IMG/VR virus record: IMGVR_UViG_3300031857_000254
Coordinates: 1 to 53,562 of that record
Length of the DNA stretch: 53,562 bases
Direction: 5' to 3' (one strand)
From: a virus
Taxonomy: Duplodnaviria > Caudoviricetes
The notes beneath the pieces are model-generated. The model saw only the letters and a list, made by a program, of their open reading frames with translations. It was not told the DNA's origin and ran no database searches. How positions within the stretch are numbered: position 1 is the first letter of the stretch; every line of letters begins with the position of its first letter. A program made the position numbers and the translations under genes. Shown in pieces: positions 28,870 to 36,750 of this stretch.

Positions 28870-29129
28870 GGCTGCACCTCGCTTGATGAGGATTTATTCT
28901 TGCGCGATGAGGATTTATTCTTGCTACCAGCCGGACGGCCCATGTTCGCCTTATTGCGCGGCTTCTTATCCTTGCTGCCAAGCGGACGGCCAACCTTCTT
29001 CTTCGGGGTAAATAATTTCTCCTCCTTGGCCTCGATCATCACAACTTCCAATGACATTATAAAAACCGCATCCCAGTCCAGACGAACAGCCCAATCAAAA
29101 AACTTCTCTGCTAACCATTTACGCATCAT
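28866..29129 (-). CDS. Small protein with two AT-hook-like motifs
   Basis: GRPLGSKDKKPR and GRPAGSKNK. Confidence 0.65.
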   Translation of the reverse strand: MMRKWLAEKFFDWAVRLDWDAVFIMSLEVVMIEAKEEKLFTPKKKVGRPLGSKDKKPRNKANMGRPAGSKNKSSSRKNKSSSSEVQP

Positions 29130-29277
29130 CCTTCTCCTCTTCCTCATCCACAATCTGCATTGCCCACAAAATCTCTTCCTTGCTAATCGCCTTCAGCAAT
29201 TCCTTCAGCTTCACCCGTGCGTCCAGCTCGTGACTAGCCATCACGGAAAAGCCCAGCGTGAAATCAAACTTCCTCAT
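29119..29277 (-). CDS. Hypothetical protein, 52 aa (not in ORF track)
   Basis: MRKFDFTLGFSVMASHELDARVKLKELL; GGAGG RBS. Confidence 0.6.
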   Translation of the reverse strand: MRKFDFTLGFSVMASHELDARVKLKELLKAISKEEILWAMQIVDEEEEKDDA

Positions 29278-29512
29278 CTGCTACCTCCACGCTCGTCACC
29301 ATGTCCTCAATGTCGCAGCCCAATTCCAGCGCCTCATCGCGGGTCAAATCCCGCTCGTCGTTCCATTCCAGCGTTGCCCAAGGCTTTACGAAATCCCCAT
29401 TGGGCAGAACCCAGCCGCGCCCACCTGCCATGTCCATCGACGCACTGTCATCCGGCAGGGTCAGCGTCACTTCCAGTGTCATATTCACAATCATATCAAT
29501 ATCCCTTCCCAT
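29264..29512 (-). CDS. Hypothetical protein
   Basis: 82 aa ORF in the early cluster. Confidence 0.6.
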   Translation of the reverse strand: MGRDIDMIVNMTLEVTLTLPDDSASMDMAGGRGWVLPNGDFVKPWATLEWNDERDLTRDEALELGCDIEDMVTSVEVADEEV

Positions 29513-29669
29513 TGCGGTATTCGATCACTGTCACCTCGCTGTCGCGCTCATCAGTCACAGTCCAAAGCCTATCGTCCTCCATGCTCAAAGACCGCGCCGC
29601 CCACATGGCGTGAATGCCATACTCGAACCGCGCAACTTCCTTGCAATCCACCTCCAGCCGCACGTTCAT
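29496..29669 (-). CDS. Hypothetical protein, 57 aa (not in ORF track)
   Basis: MNVRLEVDCKEVARFEYGIHA..YRNGKGY; GGAG RBS; ATGA overlap. Confidence 0.6.
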   Translation of the reverse strand: MNVRLEVDCKEVARFEYGIHAMWAARSLSMEDDRLWTVTDERDSEVTVIEYRNGKGY

Positions 29670-29926
29670 CCGTCTATCTCCTCCAGCAGCCGCGCAGCAT
29701 CAGCCACGAAGGTGTCCGTCACCCGACCAAACGCAGCATAATTCAGAACCATGCTTTGCAGTGCCGTCCGCATCGCGTCATAACGCTCCTGCATCGCCAA
29801 GATCGCGGTCAGGTTCGCTACGCTATCGTCATACAGCTTGCCTTCCGTGTTCACCGCATTGCCCATCAGCACGCAATCGCTGCTCTCCAGAAGCTCACGC
29901 ACTGTGCGGAATATATCGTCAGTCAT
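29666..29926 (-). CDS. Hypothetical protein
   Basis: 86 aa from ATG 29926. Confidence 0.6.
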   Translation of the reverse strand: MTDDIFRTVRELLESSDCVLMGNAVNTEGKLYDDSVANLTAILAMQERYDAMRTALQSMVLNYAAFGRVTDTFVADAARLLEEIDG

Positions 29927-30224
29927 CGTCCCGATCCTTCCCCGCCAAGCTATCCGAAGCCATCTGCCCAGCTTCAAACAACTGCTCCAGCGTTGCCGCA
30001 TGGCACTGGTTCAGCGCATCCGCAGCCACCTCTACAAATTCACAGGCGTAAAAGTCCTCGCCAGCTTCTCTGGCCGCCTCGCGCCGCCGAATCGCCTCCT
30101 CTGCTACCGATATGCACAGCTCCGCCATCTCATCGGTGTAGCGTTCATCATAATACAGCGCGTCCGTCCCTGCATCGGCAGCAAAAATCGCCGCATATCT
30201 CGCCAAATCCTTCGCTTCATTCAT
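29919..30224 (-). CDS. Hypothetical protein
   Basis: 101 aa from ATG 30224 with GGAG RBS. Confidence 0.6.
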   Translation of the reverse strand: MNEAKDLARYAAIFAADAGTDALYYDERYTDEMAELCISVAEEAIRRREAAREAGEDFYACEFVEVAADALNQCHAATLEQLFEAGQMASDSLAGKDRDDD

Positions 30225-30696
30225 CGTCCCACTCCTCAAACGCAAACGCGAAACAATCGCGCAGCTCTTCATCCTCGCACTCACCGATCATCATGGTCAC
30301 TTCAACGCCAGCGCCATAGCGCCCAATATAATCCATGCCCGTTTCGCAATACATCGCAGCCACAGACAAGCCCTGCTCCTCCTCGGCATAACGATACGCC
30401 TCAACAGGTGGCGACCATGCGCTGTCAAAGCGGAACGTCACGCTCTCGCCCTCGTCCTCAATGCCAACGTCACCAACCTCCCATTTCGTCCCCCAATGCT
30501 CAACGCTCCAGTCATACCAATTATTCGAGCCATGCTTCTCGCGCTCGGCACTGCCCACGTTCCCCCGAAAGACGCTATCCGGCATCGGGCGGATTGTGTT
30601 CAACAATTCCCGCTTGCCAGCGCCATCAATCAGCGCGTCTAGCTTCGCCCTCGGCCCCGTAAACGTCACCACATTTTCACACCAATTCGGCATCAT
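30217..30696 (-). CDS. YubB/DUF1281-like ferredoxin-fold protein
   Basis: MPNWCEN, WYDWSVEHWGTKW, FDSAWSPP, Y.E.G. Confidence 0.8.
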   Translation of the reverse strand: MMPNWCENVVTFTGPRAKLDALIDGAGKRELLNTIRPMPDSVFRGNVGSAEREKHGSNNWYDWSVEHWGTKWEVGDVGIEDEGESVTFRFDSAWSPPVEAYRYAEEEQGLSVAAMYCETGMDYIGRYGAGVEVTMMIGECEDEELRDCFAFAFEEWDDE

Positions 30697-30850
30697 TCTT
30701 CTCCTCGTAAATCATCTCTATCAGTTCAAACGCGCCGCTATCCTCGCCGCGAACCATCATAGCCAGCAATTCCAAGAGGCCATCCCGTGCCTCCTCCAAG
30801 CTATCCGCACCGATATATAAATCCGTGCTAAAAACGTATGTCGCAGCCAT
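30677..30850 (-). CDS. Hypothetical protein, 57 aa (not in ORF track)
   Basis: MAATYVFSTDLYIGADSLEEA; GGAGG RBS. Confidence 0.6.
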   Translation of the reverse strand: MAATYVFSTDLYIGADSLEEARDGLLELLAMMVRGEDSGAFELIEMIYEEKNDAELV

Positions 30851-31137
30851 CACGCATCCTCCTCTTCATCTTCATCCGCCTCTGGCCGATACGCATCGAT
30901 ATTCATCGACGCGATTTCATACCAATTCACCTGCGCTAGAAACGCCTCGGCATAATCCAAAGCAATCCCCGATGCCTCTGCGCCAACAGTCTCCATCGCC
31001 ATGTCGCGCAAGTTCTGCCCCAGATCGTAAGCGTCCATGTCATTGTCGCTGGAAAAATCAGCGTCGAACATCTCCAGATTAACGCGCCAAGTCTCGTAAT
31101 TCGTCCAGCCGTTATATGTCGTATCTTTATCCATCAT
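30850..31137 (-). CDS. DUF7249-like protein
   Basis: YNGWTNYETW..VNWYEIA. Confidence 0.75.
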   Translation of the reverse strand: MMDKDTTYNGWTNYETWRVNLEMFDADFSSDNDMDAYDLGQNLRDMAMETVGAEASGIALDYAEAFLAQVNWYEIASMNIDAYRPEADEDEEEDA

Positions 31138-31382
31138 GCCTCTCCCTTCGCGGCCTTAATCGCAGCCGATGCGATATACCGCATACCTATGGCCGAACCG
31201 CCATTGCCCTCGACCTCAACAATCCGCTCCAGAGCCGCCAGCATATCCGCGACAATCGCCCGTGCCTCTCCAAGCTCCGCCAGCGTATCGCGTATGGAAG
31301 CCCCCTCAGGAGCCTCCAACGCCATCACCGCATAGTGCAGCGCCCCAGACGCATCACGCAGGGCTTCGGTTACATTTACCAT
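31134..31382 (-). CDS. Hypothetical protein
   Basis: 82 aa from ATG 31382; MLAALERIV..AAIKAAKGE. Confidence 0.65.
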   Translation of the reverse strand: MVNVTEALRDASGALHYAVMALEAPEGASIRDTLAELGEARAIVADMLAALERIVEVEGNGGSAIGMRYIASAAIKAAKGEA

Positions 31383-31690
31383 CACGCCGCCTCCTTCGTA
31401 ACGTAACGCTTCACAACATCCCATGCCGATGCCACCTGCTCGGCAGGGAAATATTCCGGAAACGAAACAACCACACACTGCGCCGCGCAATCCTCCTCAA
31501 ACCATTGCGACGAACCAGACCAATAAGCCGCATAGTCTTTCATTTCTTTCGTGATACGGGGAAGCAATTCACGGGCAACCCAGATGCCGCCGTGCGATGC
31601 AGTCGAAACATAAATGATGCCCTCGGCAATGACCTCTTCGTCCTGCACGATGCCCCAAGGGGAAGATTTTCCATTCAACGTAAGCGTCAT
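31382..31690 (-). CDS. DUF7007-like protein
   Basis: SPWG, GIIYVSTASHGGIW, WFEEDC; AAGGA RBS. Confidence 0.75.
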   Translation of the reverse strand: MTLTLNGKSSPWGIVQDEEVIAEGIIYVSTASHGGIWVARELLPRITKEMKDYAAYWSGSSQWFEEDCAAQCVVVSFPEYFPAEQVASAWDVVKRYVTKEAA

Positions 31691-31814
31691 ATTAAATATC
31701 CTTTCTCATATCATCCGGCTGTCAACGTCACATTGCAACCTATCGCCAGCCATAGTTTATCCGATTTACATATGTCAACAGCAAAACGACAATTATCACA
31801 TCATCCTTTATATT

Positions 31815-32200
31815 TTCCAAAATGTCACGGATTTGCCCAAAAATGTCACGGAAAGCGTGACAAGCAAGTCGTTGTTTTTAAACGATAAAAATAGGGCCGA
31901 ATCGGACCTGTGACAAGTTTGTGACAAGCAAGTGCCTGTTATTGCAGGGGAATCCCAAAAATGTCACGGATTTCGGAAAAATACATCCCTATATATATCC
32001 CCCACCCCCTATCTCTCATAGGCCCTCTTTTTATTTTCAGGGGGTTGTATATATATAAATATCGTTACATTTATAAATATATATAAAAAAGGGCGGATTT
32101 CTGCGGTTTTTTCTGTCACATCGTCGTGACATTTTCGAAAAATCCGTGACAAACTGGCCTCAAACCCGCAGGAATCCTAGGGTTTTTTTGTGACATTGCC
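31815..32200. other. Putative replication origin: iterons around an AT-rich core
   Basis: 10 copies of TGTCAC/GTGACA in both orientations flanking TATATA tracts (about 31990-32090); GC skew appears to flip here. Confidence 0.75.
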
Positions 32201-32206
32201 CAAAAT

Positions 32207-32283
32207 CCGCGCCAACCTATCTAATTCAACCATTTGACAACAGCGTCAACAGGGTGGGCCGCGCTTCCCTATGTAATTCAACC
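32207..32283. repeat. 25-bp imperfect direct repeat pair enclosing a TTGAC-N6-GTCAA palindrome
   Basis: ccgcgccaacctatctaattcaacc / ccgcgcttccctatgtaattcaacc. Confidence 0.75.
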
Positions 32284-32295
32284 CAAGCGGTGGTC

Positions 32296-32320
32296 AAAAA
32301 AAGGGGAGCCGGAGCCCCCC
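32296..32320 (-). terminator. Rho-independent terminator of the first early operon
   Basis: Minus strand GGGGGGC-TCCG-GCTCCCC followed by T7. Confidence 0.85.
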
Positions 32321-32325
32321 TGTGG

Positions 32326-32628
32326 TTATCCGTAAATCAGGTTCGGGCATGGCGGCATCGAGTCCCACATGGTGCGCCAAGAATCCGAATAGGCGGGTGG
32401 CTGTCCGATACGCATCCATGAAGCGCCATAGGAGCCATGCTCAACGCTTTGCTTGCTGTATCGGGTATCGATGCCTAGCCATAGGTCTTTGATGCGCTCC
32501 TGAGCCTCCTGAGGCGCTTCACGGGCACGGGCGGATAATTCTATCATGACTTCCTCTAGGTTGTCGCCTTCGACCGATAGCGGGCGATACTTGCCCAGAA
32601 AATAGATTGTGCCGATGTAATGGCTCAC
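32326..32628 (-). CDS. Hypothetical early protein
   Basis: 100 aa from GTG 32628 (GTGA overlap, GGAG RBS). Confidence 0.6.
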   Translation of the reverse strand: MSHYIGTIYFLGKYRPLSVEGDNLEEVMIELSARAREAPQEAQERIKDLWLGIDTRYSKQSVEHGSYGASWMRIGQPPAYSDSWRTMWDSMPPCPNLIYG

Positions 32629-32918
32629 TTCACGGCTCCCATGTCGATTGCAGTCCAGTCCTCGTCCTCGCAAGCCTCACCGACTGAATAGATATCTTCG
32701 CGGTGGTAGGCTTGGGTGTCGGTGTCGTTCAGCTGCAGCAACATTAGCATGGCTCGGACTGTGCCATTCCATAGGTTATCATCGTCGATGGTCTCGCCGT
32801 TCAGCGCACCGACGATTTCATAATCGCCATCGCTGCGCTCCCATGCGAACGTGATGTGGTTCGGATAGCGGCGCGACTTTAGGTCGGCAATCATCGCTTC
32901 GATTTCGGTCTGTGTCAT
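32625..32918 (-). CDS. Hypothetical early protein
   Basis: 97 aa; AAGGA RBS. Confidence 0.7.
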   Translation of the reverse strand: MTQTEIEAMIADLKSRRYPNHITFAWERSDGDYEIVGALNGETIDDDNLWNGTVRAMLMLLQLNDTDTQAYHREDIYSVGEACEDEDWTAIDMGAVK

Positions 32919-32983
32919 AAGGTTCCTTTCCTTGTTGGCGCTAGTGCCAGCCTCGGCGCGGATTGCTCCGCGCTCCGGTGGTG

Positions 32984-33073
32984 CTAGTTTCCTTCGATGG
33001 TGTGCTTGATAACAAGTATCGATAGGAGCAGGACGCCCCAGAAGAACGATAGCACTGCGATGTGGCTAATCAT
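32984..33073 (-). CDS. 29-aa single-pass membrane peptide
   Basis: MISHIAVLSFFWGVLLLSILVIKHTIEGN; GGAG RBS; ATGA overlap. Confidence 0.55.
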   Translation of the reverse strand: MISHIAVLSFFWGVLLLSILVIKHTIEGN

Positions 33074-33306
33074 GCGATGCGCTCCGCATCCAGTTGGCAG
33101 GCGTTGATGAAGCGCTTGTGGTCGAACCTTGAATTGTCGTTCCGCAGCTTCTCGGCGAGCCTGTGGGCGATTGTGTAGGTCGCCAGTCGTTCGCCGGATA
33201 GGATTGCCTTAGCTCTATCTGACAGGTTGTCGGATTGCTCCTGCGCGATTTCGCGGCGAACCTGCGCGATGGTTTCGGCGATTAATACATAGTCTTTGCG
33301 TGTCAT
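33070..33306 (-). CDS. Hypothetical early protein
   Basis: MTRKDYVLIA..DNSRFDHKRFINAC, a common phage early-protein pattern. Confidence 0.75.
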   Translation of the reverse strand: MTRKDYVLIAETIAQVRREIAQEQSDNLSDRAKAILSGERLATYTIAHRLAEKLRNDNSRFDHKRFINACQLDAERIA

Positions 33307-33307
33307 G

Positions 33308-33400
33308 TTATGCTCCAGTCATTGCGTATAGGTTGGCGGTGATTACTATCAGGGCGAATAGGCCCAAGCGGATTGCTAGGTGGATTTGCGTGTCGGTCAT
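33308..33400 (-). CDS. 30-aa membrane peptide
   Basis: MTDTQIHLAIRLGLFALIVITANLYAMTGA; GGAGG RBS; TAATG overlap. Confidence 0.55.
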   Translation of the reverse strand: MTDTQIHLAIRLGLFALIVITANLYAMTGA

Positions 33401-33651
33401 TATGCGTCCTCCCTTTCGACTCGATAGAAGCAATACCCGTCATCCTTCGCGCTGCGGGCCATCGTGTATTCGACGCGCTCGTCGCCGCTGTCATCCATCA
33501 GGATAAGCATCAGCTTCTCAGCTGCTAGGGCGTGAGCGTCCTCGACGTTCAGCTCGTAGGGATAGGGGATTGTCACCTGACGCGCCCCGTTCGTTGCCTT
33601 GATGCGCGAGCCTCGCGTGTCGGTCGGGCCTTGATAGCGTGTCCGTATCAT
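33400..33651 (-). CDS. Hypothetical early protein
   Basis: MIRTRYQGPTDTRGSRIKA..TIPYPYEL. Confidence 0.7.
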   Translation of the reverse strand: MIRTRYQGPTDTRGSRIKATNGARQVTIPYPYELNVEDAHALAAEKLMLILMDDSGDERVEYTMARSAKDDGYCFYRVEREDA

Positions 33652-33839
33652 CAGTTGAGCCCCTTCATTGCAGCGCCAGTGTGAAGCGCGTCCTCGGCAT
33701 CGCTGGTGTAATAGGCGACTGCCTCCTCCCGTGCCGGTGATAGGTCGGGCAGCGTCACCCGATACTCTTGCCAGTCCCGCGAGTAGGTGGCCTTGCATCC
33801 CATTGCCTTAAGCTGGGCCAGTGTTTGCTTGATGCTCAT
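33651..33839 (-). CDS. Hypothetical protein, first gene of the leftward operon
   Basis: EYRV..YYTSDAEDA; AAGGA RBS before ATG 33839. Confidence 0.7.
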   Translation of the reverse strand: MSIKQTLAQLKAMGCKATYSRDWQEYRVTLPDLSPAREEAVAYYTSDAEDALHTGAAMKGLN

Positions 33840-33902
33840 GTTGTGTTTCCTTAGAACTGTGCCGAGGGATACGCCGCGGCTCGCTGGGCATCTCGCCCGC
33901 CG

Positions 33903-34030
33903 CAATTAATCTCAGATGTCAGCAGCTATGTCAACAGCTATGTCATCAATTAAACACCAGGTCGAAAACCGGATACATCACAGTGCAATGTGAGCCTGGA
34001 CTTGTTGGAAATCACAGCGCAATGTGACAT
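33903..34030. promoter_or_regulatory. Divergent control region with tandem repeats and palindromic operators
   Basis: Three 12-bp ATGTCANCA(G/A)(C/T)T units containing a minus-strand TTGACA; two TCACA-N6-TGTGA palindromes. Confidence 0.6.
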
Positions 34031-34267
34031 TGACCGCCAGAAATCAGGGCAGGTCGGCCCCAGCTGCAGCCAGACACCCCCACCCACCCACTTTTGGCAG
34101 GTTATGGGTATTTTATATCTATATATACCCACTCCCACCCACATTTTCCGCCAAAACAGTTTGCCTTCTTGGCCGACCCCCCACCCCCTGATATGACCCC
34201 CTTTGTTCTAATCGCTGGCTCCATAAAAATTTATATATTGTTTTAACTTGGATGATGATTATAAAGG

Positions 34268-34804
34268 ATGGATATGGATTGGGATGATGACGATTTTGGG
34301 TTGGGTTCGCTGATCAGCGAGGGTGCTGAAGTTGCGATGCGTGAGGACCGTGACTTGGTTTTTGCGCGTGAGTATGTGCGTTTGAAGGCGGTGAAGTCGA
34401 AGAACGCTGCTGAGCTGGCGTGCGTCCGGGCTGGGATTACGAATCCTGAGTATCACATCAAGGTAGTTGCGGAGCGGCAGCTGGCGCGTGTGGAGGTTCA
34501 GCGGCTGATTGCTGAGGCTGAGACTTCCGGGCTGACGATTGAGCGGACGGAGTACACGCGGGATTTGTTTTTGGATGAGCTGCAGGCGGTGCATGAGCGG
34601 GCGTTGGATGCGAAGAATTTCACGAGTGCGATTAGTGCGGTGAAGACGCAGGCTCAGTTGCTGGGGATGATGGACCAGACGGTGAATATCAATCACACGG
34701 TGACGGCGAAGGATCTGGATTTGCAGACGTTAAGAGCGATGGTTGCTGACCGGGCGAAGCCGGTGGCGGTTATTGAGGCGGATTATAGGGAGGTTGAGGG
34801 ATGA
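34268..34804 (+). CDS. Putative terminase small subunit
   Basis: FAREYV..AELACVRAG HTH-like region; SAISAVKTQAQLLGM; lies upstream of terL. Confidence 0.7.
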   Translation: MDMDWDDDDFGLGSLISEGAEVAMREDRDLVFAREYVRLKAVKSKNAAELACVRAGITNPEYHIKVVAERQLARVEVQRLIAEAETSGLTIERTEYTRDLFLDELQAVHERALDAKNFTSAISAVKTQAQLLGMMDQTVNINHTVTAKDLDLQTLRAMVADRAKPVAVIEADYREVEG

Positions 34805-35049
34805 AGATTAATCAGGCGTTTTTGCGTGGATTTACGGGTGACGGCGATAAGCTATGTACGCCGCTGACCATAATTGGGGATGAGAACTCAATCACGCTGA
34901 CCAAGGGCGAGGGCTTTGACGAGTGGTTGGCGGATGACACCGAGATTGTTCTGCACGACGGTACTGAGACTACCTACACCGCCCAGAACCAAGAGGCGCT
35001 TCGCAGGATTGTGGCGGCATGGCTTCATGGTGAAGAGTTCGAGGGGTGA
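34801..35049 (+). CDS. Hypothetical protein
   Basis: 82 aa; ATGA-coupled. Confidence 0.6.
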   Translation: MKINQAFLRGFTGDGDKLCTPLTIIGDENSITLTKGEGFDEWLADDTEIVLHDGTETTYTAQNQEALRRIVAAWLHGEEFEG

Positions 35050-35210
35050 TATATATCCGCGACGAGGGGCAGCTGATTCGCAATGGGATTAACGTGTACC
35101 CGCGTCGATCCAGCAGTGTTGGGTTTATCGTAGCTCTGGGCCAGCGGCGTTGGATGCTGCGTTATTCGCGGGTTTTGGGTCGGCTGTATTGCACTGTGGT
35201 GGCGCGATGA
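35046..35210 (+). CDS. Hypothetical protein, 54 aa (not in ORF track)
   Basis: GTG start overlapping upstream TGA; stop overlaps terL ATG. Confidence 0.5.
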   Translation: MIYIRDEGQLIRNGINVYPRRSSSVGFIVALGQRRWMLRYSRVLGRLYCTVVAR

Positions 35211-36739
35211 ATCCTGACCTATCGATGGATGACTTGCTGGCGGAGCTGGTGGCCCGCGAGGAGGCGATGGCATCGTTTGCGGCGTATATTGAGTATGTGA
35301 GCGGGATGAAGCCGCCGCCGCACTTGAAGCTGATTTGCGACAAGCTGGACGAGGTGGCGAACGGTAAGATTCAGCGGCTGATGATCTCGATGCCGCCGGG
35401 GCATGGTAAGTCGTTTGCCGCGTCGCATTACTTCCCGGCCTATTACTTGTCGAAGAACCCGACGAAGAATGTGATCTTTGCGACGCACAAGCAGGAGCTG
35501 TCGGATTCGTTCGGTCTGAAGGTTCGTAACGTGATCAAGGGCGACGAGCATCGGCGCTTGTTCCCGGATGTGGGTATTAGTGCGGACAAGACGGCTGCGG
35601 GCGAGTGGATGACGACGCAGGCTGGTGGTTATCACGCGACGGCGGTTGGCGCGAACGTGACGGGTCGGCGCGGGGATATATTGATTGGGGACGATTTGCT
35701 GTCGGGTATTCAGGCGGCGGAATCGGACAGTGAGCGGAACAAGCTATGGGCATGGTACGGTGCGGATTTTTTCACGCGCCGTAAGAACAAGGACACGCCG
35801 ATCATCCTGATTGGAACGCGCTGGCATCTGGGGGACCACATGGGTCGCTTGGATCAGGGCGAGCGGGATGGTGAGGGCGAGAAGTGGGAGCGGGTGATTT
35901 TGCCCGCGCTGGCGGTGGATAACGACATTTTGGGGCGTGAGCCCGGAGATGCACTGTGGCCGGAACAGTTCCCGAAAGAGGAACTGGAGAAGATCCGCCG
36001 CCAGCCTTCCACGACGAGCCGCATCTGGTCGTCGCTGTATCAGCAGAATCCGGTTGTGGATGATGGTGGTATTATCGATCAGACGTGGTTCAAGTGGTGG
36101 CGGTCGCCCGATCCGCCGGAGGTGAAGTATGTGATACAGGCGTGGGATACGGCACTGACGGCGAACAAGACATCGGCGTATAGCGCGTCAACGACGTGGG
36201 GCGTGTTTGATGACGATAACGGGATACCGAATCTGATATTGCTGTCGGTGTGGCGCGACCGTGCGGAGTGGCCGATACTGCGGCGAATGGTGCAGCGGAT
36301 GGCGACGGATTACCGGGACGATAACTACCGCACGCCGATCAAGGCATCGAAGAACCGGATGCCGGATACGGTGCTGGTGGAGGCGAAGGCGAACGGTCAG
36401 ATGCTGATTCAGGATTTGGGCCGTGCAGGAATTGTTGCAACGCCGTTTAATCCTGATAAGTTTGGTGATAAGATAGCGCGTGTTCGTCTGGTTACGGATT
36501 TGATCGAGAACGGGCGTGTGTGGTTGCCGGCGATGAAACCGGCGTATGATCAGTTGAGGCCGTGGGCGCGTGACTTTATGGAACAGTGCGTTCAGTTTCC
36601 AGCGGCTGATTCGAGGGACTGGGTTGATACGATGACGATGGCGTTTTTGCGGGTCAAGCAGTCTGGGTGGGTTCACAATACCGAGAACCCGTATGAAGAG
36701 GTTTATGACGTACCGCTTGAACGCGCATCGTTTTATTGA
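35207..36739 (+). CDS. terL: Terminase large subunit
   Basis: MPPGHGKS Walker A, TGRRGDILIGDD Walker B, GTRWH, LYQQNP, QAWDTA nuclease Asp, EAKA.G, D.VDT. Confidence 0.95.
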   Translation: MNPDLSMDDLLAELVAREEAMASFAAYIEYVSGMKPPPHLKLICDKLDEVANGKIQRLMISMPPGHGKSFAASHYFPAYYLSKNPTKNVIFATHKQELSDSFGLKVRNVIKGDEHRRLFPDVGISADKTAAGEWMTTQAGGYHATAVGANVTGRRGDILIGDDLLSGIQAAESDSERNKLWAWYGADFFTRRKNKDTPIILIGTRWHLGDHMGRLDQGERDGEGEKWERVILPALAVDNDILGREPGDALWPEQFPKEELEKIRRQPSTTSRIWSSLYQQNPVVDDGGIIDQTWFKWWRSPDPPEVKYVIQAWDTALTANKTSAYSASTTWGVFDDDNGIPNLILLSVWRDRAEWPILRRMVQRMATDYRDDNYRTPIKASKNRMPDTVLVEAKANGQMLIQDLGRAGIVATPFNPDKFGDKIARVRLVTDLIENGRVWLPAMKPAYDQLRPWARDFMEQCVQFPAADSRDWVDTMTMAFLRVKQSGWVHNTENPYEEVYDVPLERASFY

Positions 36740-36750
36740 TAGGAAGCATA

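Noticed and set aside
28900-30662. Long plus-strand ORFs (237, 353 and 274 aa)
   Set aside because: Antisense to a tightly coupled chain of minus-strand genes with RBSs; explained by the C-rich, stop-poor skew
31815-32200. CRISPR array or attachment site
   Set aside because: Repeats are 6-13 bp, in both orientations and irregularly spaced; no integrase in the window
33978-34027. CRP binding sites
   Set aside because: Half-sites are in the reverse arrangement (TCACA-N6-TGTGA) relative to the CRP consensus
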